Below are positions 49,850 through 62,439 of a DNA stretch of 64,000 nucleotides, one piece after another. The stretch lies in NCBI RefSeq assembly GCF_006345805.1, contig NC_043013.1, positions 9,486,001 to 9,550,000 on the forward strand, in the 5' to 3' direction. Under the pieces are notes generated by a model, which was not told the origin of the DNA, ran no database searches, and saw nothing but the letters and a program-made list of their open reading frames with translations. The translations under genes and the position numbers were made by a program. This stretch comes from Octopus sinensis (lineage: Eukaryota). The first letter of the stretch is position 1, and every line of letters starts with the position of its first letter.

Positions 49850-50412
49850 CTAACAAAAAAAATCAATCAGTAATCCTCAACAGGGAGGAGACTTTCGAGG
49901 GCTGCTCATGGAAAAAAACCCATAAAATCCATGGGTACCCTGACCTTTAGGGCAGGTGCCTCTTTTCTTTTCCATTTTTTTTCAGCTACAGACGTATGCT
50001 CTGTCCAGGCCCGTTCACTCGCACCATTCTCGCCACTTTCATCCACCTTTCAGCAAACTTGCTGGAAGACAACACTTCCTTCTCTACCCTTATTTTCCTT
50101 TTCAAGAAAAAACTTGAAGAAGTAGATTAGGGTTGGCCAAAGAGAAAAGTGTTTGTCTTCAACCCCTTCAATTTCGCCCAACTTACAACTTCGAAGAAAA
50201 TCAGTAAGCCGCGCTTTTCCGGAGTACTTTCGGCCCGGGACCAATGAACAATTTCCAAAAGTCTCTGTCTTGGCAGTGCTACCGGGGAGCTTTGCCTGGT
50301 CGAGATAAACTTTATAAGCACGGAAGTACCGTCAGCGATGCATGTCCGAGATGCACGAAGGACGACGAGACGGTCCTACATGCTCTCATCCAGAGCATTA
50401 CTGACCTGGTTT
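49850..50412. mobile_element. Tx1/L1-clade LINE 3' fragment with an inverted upstream segment
   Basis: Minus 50220-49990: WAKLKGLKTNTFL...LIYFFKFFLKRKIRVEKEVLSSSKFAERW; plus 50226-50410: TFGPGPMNNFQKSLSWQCYRGALP.RDKLY...CPRC...ETVLHAL (zf-RVT-like). Confidence 0.8.
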
Positions 50413-50511
50413 GAAATTGATATTAATCAAACTAATATCCAATTTTTCACCCTTATTATTTTAAACATAATTATATAGATAGATAGATAGATTGATTGAT
50501 TGATCCATCTG

Positions 50512-50576
<65 letters not shown>

Positions 50577-50579
<3 letters not shown>

Positions 50580-50772
50580 GGGAACGTTTACAAAACAAAC
50601 AAAAGACGAAGGCAGGTGGAGTACAAATAAAAAAAATGTATTAGTATAGCGCTCAGGAATAGAAAAAGTCTTTTACGTTTCGAGCCTACGCTCTTCAACA
50701 GAAAGATACACAGAAAAAAACAAGGATTGAAACAAGAAGAGAAAAAAATGCGTGTAGGTTCTAACGATCTAT

Positions 50773-50775
<3 letters not shown>
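50577..50775 (-). mobile_element. PLE 3'-end fragment; hammerhead-like motif at 50669-50706
   Basis: Same family as 45400-45600, diverged. Confidence 0.85.
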
Positions 50776-50832
<57 letters not shown>

Positions 50833-51547
50833 GAGAGATAATATATATATATAGAGATAATGGGAGGGGTGGGAAGAAAAAGCATGCAAATATGTATGTA
50901 GAAACTTCTCTGTGTATAACTCTAAATGCGACGGAGATTGAAAGGCCGACACCCTTATCGAGATAGTCAAAAAGGCAAACAGGCAGACAGACAGACAGGC
51001 AGACAGGCAGACAGGCAGGCAGGCAGACAGGCAGACAGACAGGCCCTTCCAGAAACTAGAAACTTCCGGTGTTCTTCCCTCTAATTGGAAGTTCTAGTGT
51101 AAAACGATACGAAAGTTGTCACTGATCACTGCTTCAATAAAACTTTCTCTATCAAGGAAGCTATTTGGATTGTGGCCTTTTGTTATTGTTTTACTTTCAG
51201 TGTGACATTAGAGCCGACGGTCCTGGCTCATAAAATGGCATTTTGTTGGAGACGAGAGGTGCGCAACAGCTGCCCCGACTCTCTGGCTCTGTCGCTTTAT
51301 GGAAGTAACACGTACATACGCTCACTCTTGAATACACACATAAAATAATACATTATACATACAAACACAGGCAAAACTATCTATCTAGATATGTGTATAT
51401 ATGTATATATTCATCTCTCTCTCTCTCTGTATATATATATATATATACACCTCTCTCTTTCACTCTCTCTGTATATATATATATATATTATATATATATA
51501 TATATATATACACCTCTCCCTTTCTCCTCTCTCTGTATATATATATA

Positions 51548-51638
<91 letters not shown>

Positions 51639-51691
51639 AAGATAGAGGTATAAGTATGTGTGTGTGTGTTTGTCTTGTGAAGTATTTATTT

Positions 51692-52140
51692 TTTACTTGT
51701 TCTGGTCGTTGGGCCGCGGCCATGCTTGGGAACCGCGTTGAAGGGTTTTACTTGAACAAATTGACCCAGTATTTATTTTATAAAGCCCGCTACATATCCT
51801 GTCGGTTTTTTTTTATCGAACTGCTAAGTTACCGAAATGTACAAAAACCAACACCTGTTCCCAAGCAGTGAGAGGGGAACAAATGCAAACAGAAAGACAC
51901 ACACGCACACAAGCACGCACAAACACATACACACACACCACACACACACATACACAGTCACTCACAAACACACACATACACGATGGGATTCTTTCAGTTC
52001 CTGTTTAAGGCAATCCACTCATAAGGACTTGGTCGGCCCTGGGCCATAGTGGAAGTCACTTGGCCTATATACCACACTGTGAAATTGAAGTGGAAACCAC
52101 GTAGTTGAGAAGCAAACCTCTCACCACACAGCCATGTCTG
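51692..52140 (-). mobile_element. SINE family D, diverged full length
   Basis: Reverse complement of tail, 3' half, internal (CA)n and head. Confidence 0.8.
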
Positions 52141-52547
52141 CGAATATATATATATATATATACTAGCAGTATAGCCCGGCGTTGCTCGGGATTAAGTTAG
52201 GATTATTAAGTGAACAAGTGCTTTATTTCAAACCAAAATAAGTGACACCGACATCATATGTGAACGAAATCTGTTGAAATTGTTAAACGTTTGGCTGAAA
52301 ATGGGTTGCAGGCAATTTGATTGGGAAATACCATTAGGAATTTGTTTATCGATTATTTCCATTCATCGATAGTGTTTTTTTTTGTTTTTTTTTTGAGAAC
52401 TTAAAGCATTCAAAGATCCCATGAATCCTAAGTAATGCTGACATCAGGTTTGAGTAAAGTATGTCAAAATTGGTAAAAGTTATGGTTGAAAATGGGGTGT
52501 AGCCAATTTTAGTGGGAAGTCCTATAAGGAATCGGTTTATCAATTTT

Positions 52548-53990
52548 TTATCCTGATTGAATGGAAAACTCCAAATGGATGCCTGCCGCCGATAGTGTTT
52601 GGCCTTGGGATTTGTCGATGGACATGGCGAAGCATGGTCTCCCCGGGAACTGCGATATGCGGAAGTTAAACGGCATGTCTGACCCGAAGGAATAAAGCTG
52701 CATCCTTGAAATAAAAGCATGTTCACCCCTCCCGCACCCTGTAACAATGGTGGCCTCAGTCAAGTGGAGCGTCAGGATGCCATTCCACTGTTTAGGCAGA
52801 AGCAAGTTTCTGATTAGCATAATTGGACATCCAATCCTTAGCCTAAGAATGCGAGGTGGAAGCCCTGCTAGCTCCAATGAGTTGAGAAATTCGATAGAGT
52901 AATTGACAATGTCTTGGGGATCAGAGGTCCGGTCAATCGATTTGTAGATGCACTCCTCACCCGGAATTAAGTTTATGAGCTGGTCGTTGATAGGACTGAC
53001 AGCTACGTGTTGGGGTGCCAGGATGGTTCTTTCACTGAGCCAATTGATGTCTGCATAATTACTTTCCAGATTGGGGAACACTGTTTCCAAAAGATCGGAA
53101 GGGTTGTCCACGGTGTTGCACAGTTCAGAGAGATATGTCACCCCTATCATTCCTAGGGACCTTTCTTTCTCCAAGGGTTAAAATGTATTTTGCAAAAGCT
53201 GCAGACGTGCTATCACCAAGCAAATGCGCACGCATGCTTGTGCTTAGGCTTAAGCTCTTAACCTGGAACCACAACGTGGATGACTTCACCAGCTCGGCTC
53301 CTTTTAGGGATGACAGGAAGGGTTTGCCGGAAATCTCATGAAAGCAATAGAGTTACACCACCCATAGAAGCTGTAGAACCCCTGATACCTTTCAGTGACC
53401 GGTCCAGTGCTTCAGGAGCACCCTTATTGGACATTGTGCATTCGTTCTATACAATGAGACGACACTGTCTAAGAACTTCAGCTTCTCTGAATTTTAGCCA
53501 ATGTTGCAAGTAGGGACCTCGGCCCTCACCAAATGTAAAGGCAACTTGAATGCCGGGTGCGCCGTCGTACCTCCCGGCAATAACGTAGCAGCGATTCCCG
53601 AGGAAGCAACGGCTAGCGCAATTTGTTTCTAGCGACGAATCTTAGCAAGTATTAATTGTGTTACAAACGATTTGCCGGTACTCCTAGCAGCATCGAGGAA
53701 GAAAATATGCCGCCCGCCTGTTTTTCAACGGCACTGACGACAGTTTGGTACACCAGCCTCTGATCAGGGAGCAATTTCGGTTCATTTACTGTCAGGTACT
53801 CCTCAAGGCCATGAGCGTCATACGACAACTCCAGAAATAACTTTGGTGGGAGTATGTTAACGTCCTGTCGCAATGAGGATGGCAAACCGAATGTGTTCAA
53901 CACTTCCCCACCCATTTTGAGCAGGGCATCCTCGATTTCAAACAGTGCATTATTATAGATCAGGTCATTGTATCCAATGTCAGCATTAGT
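52548..53990 (-). pseudogene. Helitron RepHel Pif1-like helicase fragment
   Basis: FFLDAARSTGKSF (Walker A remnant), LAVASSGIAATLLPGG, WLSERTILAP, EFLNSLE..GLPP..LRL.IGCPIMLIRNL, FAMSIDKSQGQTL. Confidence 0.92.
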
Positions 53991-54094
53991 GCACTGTTGC
54001 TTAGCCAGTCATCATTTGCCTTGACCACCGAGAAAGCAAAATTATGTACAGAGAATTTCATAAACAGATATGAATGGAAAAAAGGTTTTAGATT

Positions 54095-54530
54095 AAATTT
54101 TTAGATTTGCACTTTCACAATTTTCACTAAGAAAAAAAAAATCGGATCTTTTTGCTTGGAATCAACTACCCTGGCCTCCTAATATTCTACAAAACCCTTT
54201 TTGTGGTCCGAAAAACTGGGGTGGGGTGGGGTGGAAACCTCGGAAATTTCACTCCCCATCCCCATTGATATTTTCACCGTCAATTTTTCAATGTACGTGG
54301 GAAAATACGGAGATTAAGAATATAGAAAACATTTGATTTTAATCTCAAATTTACCATGAAAAACCCCAGGCAAATTTTTAGATAACACTCGTACGATTTT
54401 TACTAAGAAAAAAAAACCGGATTTTTTGCGTGGAATCAACTATCCTGACCTCCTAATATGCTACAAAACCCTTTTTGTGGTCCGAGAAACGGTGTGGGGT
54501 GTGATGGAGCCTCGGAAATTTTACCCATTT
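54095..54530. repeat. two ~160-bp direct repeats inside the Helitron 5' region
   Basis: ACTAAGAAAA...GGAATCAACTA.CCTG.CCTCCTAATAT.CTACAAAACCC...TGTGGTCCGA...CCTCGGAAATTT at ~54125 and ~54402. Confidence 0.85.
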
Positions 54531-55002
54531 ATATTGGGTAATTCACTGACAAATTGTTACCTACCTCTTTGTTTCTATGTTGTTAAATAAGTTAAGTGCA
54601 AGAACTACAAAACTGGTAAAATTTAAGGTTGAAAATCGATTTTTACCGCTACCCGCGGGTGCCTCGGGAAAAATAATCTGACGAAAATGCAGCAAGGATT
54701 GTGATGAATGTCCTCCTAAAATTGGAGCGACATGCCTTCTGATTTGTGGACATGCATAAACTACATTCACGTACACACACACACATATATAACTAGAGCA
54801 AAGTCAGTTCACGTGAGTTATTTGCTGAGAGTACTCCATTAGATTATTTAACAGGTATTCGGTGTCATGACTTTATGTCTTTGCGAATTCAATAAACTGT
54901 AACAATACACACATAACATTATAGCGTATAATGGAAATCAGGACTTACACAGAAAGATAAATGTTGCATATACAGGTGTGTGTATATATAGATATATATA
55001 GA

Positions 55003-55051
<49 letters not shown>

Positions 55052-55077
55052 TATACATACATACATACATACATATA

Positions 55078-55120
<43 letters not shown>

Positions 55121-55198
55121 GGTGTATATATATAGATGATAGATAGATAGATAGATTGTAGATAGATAGATAGATAGATAGATATAGATAATAGAAAT

Positions 55199-55266
<68 letters not shown>

Positions 55267-55851
55267 CTAGATAGATAGATAGATAGATGTGTTTACACGC
55301 ATATATATTTATATACATACACAAGCACTCATATATGTATATATACATACATATATATATATGCATGCACGCATATACTCCTGTATATAAAACAGATGTA
55401 TACATGTTTACTGACTGACATGTTTGTGTGTGTGCATTTGTATTTATGCATGCTTTTATATTTGTATGCGTGTTTGTGTATGTATCTATGTATGCACAAT
55501 TCGATGTGTATTTCTTTATGCGTCTTTCTGTGTGTATTTGTATTCGTGTATGTGTATGTGTCCGTGTGTAAAATATTTAACAGACGTTAACCAAAAACAA
55601 GCGGTGCATTTAATTGCCGAAGAAACCGTTTAAATTTTAAAGGAATTAAATTCATTTCTGACGACATATTACGTTCATGCGTTTAAAACATCTATTTCGA
55701 TGTGGTTGTCGTATTTATTGTCTCTATATGGCCATTTAACTCTTTAAATGTCACTTTCTGACGATGTATCCACTTCATTTGCTTTCGTTGCGCAGACCCA
55801 CGTTCACACTCATTTATATTCGTACTCGTAGTAGTAGTAGCAGTAGTAGTT

Positions 55852-55903
<52 letters not shown>

Positions 55904-56124
55904 AAGTAGAAGTAGTAGTGGTTGTGGTGGTGGTAGGTAGATGTAGTAGTGGTAGTAGTGTGGTGGTGGGGGTGTGTAGTGTGTAGCTGGTGGTGTGGTG
56001 GTGGTGGTAGTAGTAGTAGTAGATTAGTAGTAGTAGTAGTAGTAGTGCAGCAGCAGCAGCAGCACCAGTAGTAGTACCTAGAGAAGAGAACCACGTTTAC
56101 ATTACACAGAAACATACACACAAA

Positions 56125-56255
56125 TTCACGTACCTTGCCTTTCATCCTTTGAGGGGGGGGGGTCGATAAATTAAGTACCAGTTACGCATCGGGTTCGTTG
56201 TAATCAACTAGTCCCCCCGCTCCAAATTTTAGACCTTGTGCCTTTAGTAGAAAGG

Positions 56256-56332
<77 letters not shown>

Positions 56333-56470
56333 GGCGGCGGGCCGACAGAATCTTTAACTCGCCGGGTGGACAGAATTGTTACTATGCAGGGCAAACTGCT
56401 TAGCAGCGTTTCGCCTGTCTTTACGTTCCGAGTTCAAATTCTGCCGATCTCGACTTTGTCTGTCATGCCT
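56125..56470 (+). mobile_element. two SINE family C fragments around an (ATT)n tract
   Basis: TTGCCTTTCATCCTTT..GGTCGATAAATTAAGTACCAGT tail piece and AAGGCGGCGGG..GACAGAATC head piece. Confidence 0.8.
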
Positions 56471-56556
56471 TATAAGAAAAAAAATCAGAAACTACCGACC
56501 CGTGACAAAGCTTGAAACCGTTATTTTATTTTGATTGTCATCATGATTCACACCAG

Positions 56557-56588
56557 ATATACTCATCCATAATGGTACTGTACTTAAG
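56557..56588 (+). CDS. candidate 32-nt exon (D)ILIHNGTVLK
   Basis: CACCAG acceptor, strong AAG|GTAATG donor; unverified. Confidence 0.2.
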
Positions 56589-56889
56589 GTAATGGTTGTG
56601 ATGGTGGTGGTGATTACGGTAGTTACGGTGGTGATGGTTGTGGTGATGGTGAGAGGATGAAGTTGATAACATCCAACTTTTTCTCCTACCCCCTCTTCGT
56701 ATTGAAAAATAAATAAAAAATAAATAAAAATATCATTCTTTACAAATATTACCGAATTCTTCCAATTTCTGTCTTGTTTCTTTGTTTCTGCTTGCAATGT
56801 CATTATGGCAAATACATCCATACATACATACATACATATTCATCTATACATCTATATTCCTATACATATACCCATACACACACATTTAT

Positions 56890-56930
<41 letters not shown>

Positions 56931-58318
56931 CACACATGCCTGCATATGTACAAGCCTACAATGCGTTTACGAAACGAAAGATATAATAGTAACAAAGAAA
57001 AAAAAATGGAACGTGAATTTAGATGACTGTAATAATAACACAAAGGTCATATTATGTGATATAATTAACCATTATTTTTCGTTTTATGATCACCGTTGAA
57101 CAATAACCAGCATCGTCGCGTCTTCGTTTTATATTTGTGTAACTATGGCAGTGTTGCCGTAGATGTCACTATAACAGCCGATATATGTAGTACGTAGAAA
57201 CCCGGATATATTGGTAAAATTTGACTATCACATGCTAAAACAAGAGCGACTGCCAAACAAAAGAGATGATGTAAATGAGTTTGGAAACAAGCTTTGTTCT
57301 GCAGTTTGGAATTCTATTTAAATGCAGTGAATATGTAATGTTGTGGAAGTGTCAGAATCTGTGACTGTTCTTGTCTCATTATTACGGCCATTTTTTTTTT
57401 TAAATGTTTGGCCGTATTTTTGTTTGTTTGTTGTGTTTGTTGTTGTTTTTGTTGTTGTTTTTGGTTTAGTTGTAGGCCACACAACTAAACTGATGACCGA
57501 ATTAATAGAGAGAGAGAGAAAGAGAGAAAGCAAAGAACAACCGGGTGAGAGAAAAAGGGAGAGAGGTGGGAGACGGAGATGGAGAGAGAAAGGAAGGAGG
57601 GAGAGAGAGAGAGAGTGAAGTTGTGCGAGTAAGAGTGAAACAGATATAGGGCAAAGAAAGAGCGAAGGGGAGTGTGCGAGTGAGAGAGAGAGAGAGAGAG
57701 AGAAAGAGAGGGGAGAATCAGAGGTTAGAGAACAATTAGTACTCATTCACTCTAACAGTGGGGGTGGGTTCTCCGTCTCTATAGACGATGAGCATTCAAC
57801 TGCACGGCCAAACTGGATTTCTTAGCTCTGAATGCCTGAGTATTCCGAAAAGATGCACAAACAAACTTATATATATATATATATATGCATATACGGAAAA
57901 GGAAATGGAGATTATTAAAAGATTCTGCGAAAGGCTAAGTTGGCTTCATTGGTATTAAGACTCAGAGACGAGAGTTAGAACGAACACCACAAGGTATTAT
58001 ATCCAACAACCATGCAATTGACGTATGCGAACCAATGAGTGTCTGTGTGCGGTTCGCTACTTTCTTCCAAGGAATCTAATGCTCTTAGATTAGTTTTTCA
58101 TTGGGGGCTAGCCAGATTGGAGCAATCTCGAGTAATAAGCAGCCGAAATTGCCAAGATAATCTGGAACTCGACTGAGGAAAGAAAACTCCAAACGACCTG
58201 TCCTTGTTTTCGTTGTATCGTCTATCTGGATGTTTTGTTATCCCATTTTTGTATTACCTAACTGTTGGATGTTTGCGTTTCGTGTCACATTTTGTATTTC
58301 ATATATGTATATGTATGT

Positions 58319-58349
<31 letters not shown>

Positions 58350-58384
58350 ATGATATATACATATATAATATATGTATATATATC

Positions 58385-58416
<32 letters not shown>

Positions 58417-58431
58417 ATAGATATATATATA

Positions 58432-58471
<40 letters not shown>

Positions 58472-58474
<3 letters not shown>

Positions 58475-58750
58475 TTGCGGCCAAAATGTTCAGAACGGCA
58501 TTGTTTTCGTCAGAAAAGTAAGTATAAGTTTTTATAAGTAGTTTTATATTCTATAATTTCACAGACAATAAAGAACATATTAATACTTTGTATTATCCTC
58601 TCAAATTACACCAAAATCTCAGGCAATAACAAATAATATCGTATTTATTGTCTGTGAAAATTATAGAATATATAAACAACTTTGATAAAAAATTATATCT
58701 ACTTTTCTGACGAAAACAATTGCCGTCTGAACATTTTTGGCCCGCCACTG
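58472..58750. mobile_element. 279-bp Tc1/mariner-like MITE with ~100-bp TIRs
   Basis: CAGT(T/G)GCGG..CCAAAA.TGTTCAGA.CGGCA.TTGTTTTCGTCAGAAAAGTA... inverted at both ends; inserted in (TA)n. Confidence 0.85.
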
Positions 58751-58778
58751 ATATATATAATAATATATATATATAAAT

Positions 58779-58811
<33 letters not shown>

Positions 58812-59128
58812 TATATACATACACACACACACACATATGTATATACACACACACAAATATATGCGTGTGTGTGTATGGCTGCGAATGAAAAGAATGCTAT
58901 AGCTACACGTGGTTCAAAAGGCGCACCAAACGTACATTATTAAACATATGCATAAAATATACACCCACTCGCACACATATATAAAGAATATACAAACGTG
59001 CCAACTCTTGTGCACAAGCACATACATATGTACAGACATAGATACAAGTATATCTGCAAAAAATATACGTTTATATACAAAGAAATTTATACATACACGA
59101 TATAAGTACTCTATGTTCTTATAATTAA

Positions 59129-59179
<51 letters not shown>

Positions 59180-59723
59180 TATGAAATACACATTCACACC
59201 AAACACCAACGGATATATATTAGAGTATAAGTGGACATAAGTATATGTATATATACGTACACATACAGGTTCACACACATAAACACGCATATACATACAT
59301 GTACACATATATATGTACACATGCGTACCTAATCTAATGTACCCATGCGAACAGAAAATGCATTTGTCTATATTTAGACAAACATTAGTCACACTCAGAT
59401 ACAAGATTTGGCTTTTAAAAAAGTGAAAGGGTCCCATGTACTGATACTTCTAAAAGAGTGCGTAAGACAATGTGAAGGAGAAAAAAATATAGTTAGATCA
59501 GGTAAAATATGGAAACTATGAGGGTAACTAAAAAATAGTGAAGTGGAAGTTTAGAGTTAAAGAAAAAAAGAGGAGAAAGTAAATAAGAATAAGAAAATAG
59601 GAGTAAAAAATGGAGATAAGGCATAGTTTTTTAGAATATACACAGAAACATAAAAGTGTACGTATAAATACATATAAACACAGTGAAATATATGCATGTA
59701 TGTATATATATATATATAAATAT

Positions 59724-60250
59724 AACGGGAAGCTTTATGAAAATAGACAAAAGACGAAGGCAGGTGGGAAACAAACAAACAATTGTATTAGTATGGCGCT
59801 CAAGGAAATATAAATAAAACAAGTCTTTAACGTTTCGAGCCTACGCTCTTCAACAGAAAGATACACAGAGAGAAAAAACACAGAAAGAAAGAAGGAGAGA
59901 AAAAAAATGCGTGCAGTAACTAACGAAATCAACATGGCGATCTGATTTCGGCCAGAGGTCAAAGATCAAACATGAGACGCGAGAGCGAAATAAGGGGAGA
60001 TAATAGGGTTGATAATAGGGGGAATGACCAGCTATTAGTGCGTAGGAGAGGTCTGGGACGTGTGTATGTATAGGGGTGTGTATGTATTAGTATGTATTAG
60101 TATGTATAAGGGTGTGTGTGTGTGTATGAGAGAGTATTAGTGCGTAGGATAGGTCTGGACGTGCGTATGTATGGGGTTGGTGTATGTATTAGTATGTATT
60201 AGTATGTATTAGTACGTATTAGTATGTATAAGTGTGTGTGTGTATGAGAG
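59724..60250 (-). mobile_element. ~520-bp PLE 3' terminal-repeat copy; hammerhead-like motif at 59824-59861
   Basis: Reverse complement of ~44990-45600 including the CATACTAATA minisatellite. Confidence 0.92.
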
Positions 60251-60356
60251 AGTATAAGTGCGTATATATATATATATATGTATATATCTATATCTCTCTC
60301 TATATATATATATGTATATATCTATATCTATATCTATATCTATCTGTCTATCTATC

Positions 60357-60388
<32 letters not shown>

Positions 60389-60390
60389 TG

Positions 60391-60423
<33 letters not shown>

Positions 60424-60842
60424 GTGTATATATAGATGAGCGAGAGATATGTGTGTGAATGTGAGTATACACACATCCACACATATATATATATATGTGC
60501 GTGTGTACCTGTATGTATACGAATATACATATTTATATACATACATATATACATGCAAACGCACGCATACGCACATATATGTATGCATGTATTCTACATA
60601 TATTTGCACACATGATTGAACCTAATATATTCTGTATGCAAGTAAGAGGTTTCAGTGAATATTCGAATGCTACCTGAAATAAAATAATAGAAACTGGTCA
60701 TGCATGAGATAAATAGTTGTAACACGGTGCATCTGTTTTGAGTTCTGGCAACGATATTACTCAATACCTGACTACTTATTCAACCTCCAGTATCTTCCCT
60801 ACTCCCACTATCTCGCTTACTCTACCTCTCCTCTTCCTGTGT

Positions 60843-60888
<46 letters not shown>

Positions 60889-61225
60889 GCGTGTGGACAT
60901 GCATGTATGTGTGTGAGGAAGACATCTTATATATCGTGCTATTTTGCACATACACGTCCTAAAAATGTATATAGATGTACATTGGGATTATCATATTATC
61001 ATATAAATAATATAATATAATATAATATAATATGTATATATTTATTTTATATATACAGATAGAGAGAGAGAGAGAGAGAGGAGTCATATATGTTTATTTT
61101 TATAGAAATATATATATTCATATACATTCACAGAGATATATACACCCAATTCATACACACAGGTATTAGTATACACATACACATATACTCACACACACAT
61201 ACATACACACACACACACACACACA

Positions 61226-61262
<37 letters not shown>

Positions 61263-61264
<2 letters not shown>

Positions 61265-61450
61265 CGTGATCACCGTGACCGACCATACTATCAGATGTTG
61301 CTACACGTCGCTGGTCACAATGCGCTTTGCATTGTTTTAGCCTTCAAATGACGCCACCCTGCTGGCTAAGCGAGCAGGCAACAGAAGAAAGAGTGAGAGA
61401 AAGGAGGCGAAAGAGTACAGCAGGGACCGCCACCAACCCTGCGGAGCCTC
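61263..61450 (-). mobile_element. 5'-truncated SINE (head type 2 body, tail type Z)
   Basis: Reverse complement GAGGCTCCGCAGGG.TGGTGGCGGTCCCTGCTGTACTCTTT..CTTTCTCTCACTCT matches head-2 SINE body, then a different tail. Confidence 0.75.
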
Positions 61451-61491
61451 GTGTATATATATGTATGTATATATATATATATATATATACA

Positions 61492-61560
<69 letters not shown>

Positions 61561-62337
61561 GGTGAGAAAGTTGGTGTGTGAAAGCACGGTGTTAAATATA
61601 TAGAAAATAGTAAAAAGTGAAAAAACTACAGAAGCCCTGTTTTAGAAGGTAAAAAATATATACTTGAGTCATTATGTCAGAAGAATGTTATAAATTTTTT
61701 TCATACAATGACATACTTTTTGAAGAAATGACCGGTTTCGCGTTCAGTTTCAAATTTCTTACATCGTTATGTTTACGTTGAGAAGTGTGAAGGAGAGTGA
61801 AAGAGAGTTCCAGATAACAACTCCACAAACGCACCCAAATATAAATTTGAGTGATGTTTCTCTGTACGTTACGTTTTATATGTTCGTTAACTCCTACACC
61901 GTTGGTATAAGGACAACGAGACTCAAACGTGTAACTCCCATAATCCCAGGGAATGTCATAAGGGGGTTTATTTTTTAAGGGCCGCCTAATTGGAGTTCCG
62001 CTGACCCCCTATTTTTACTGCATTTTAAACTAAATGCATGGCATTAGCGACTAGATCGGAGTAATGACAATGAATTTCATAGTATGAACTCTCAAGGAGT
62101 ATTGTAAGGAGGTTCAATTTCTAAAGGGCCGCTTAAATGAGGCCCCAGTGACCCCCCCTCCTACTCTTATTGATTAAACTATGATCAGTATCAGTGCTTA
62201 GCACATTTGCAGAAATAAGTTTCAGTGCACAAGTGTAGGGAACTGCGAAGCACCCGATAATGGGGTCAAAGGCCTCAAAAGTGTCCTCCGCATGAACCAC
62301 CTGAATGCATCCAAAGGGCAACTTCAAGGGTGGTGTG

Positions 62338-62425
<88 letters not shown>

Positions 62426-62439
62426 TATATATCTCATAT

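Larger units (their letters stand above)
52163..54790 (-). mobile_element. Helitron, internally deleted (helicase half retained)
   Basis: 3' hairpin CCCGAGCAACGCCGGG, 8 nt, CTAG|T at 52163; Pif1-like coding on the same strand; 5' boundary approximate. Confidence 0.85.

Noticed and set aside
58165-58200. CTGAGGA...CCAAACG as another hammerhead
   Set aside because: GAAA is missing and stems cannot be formed convincingly
61725-61765. Minus-strand GAAACCGGTC as a hammerhead 3' half
   Set aside because: No CUGANGA-like core or stem II upstream
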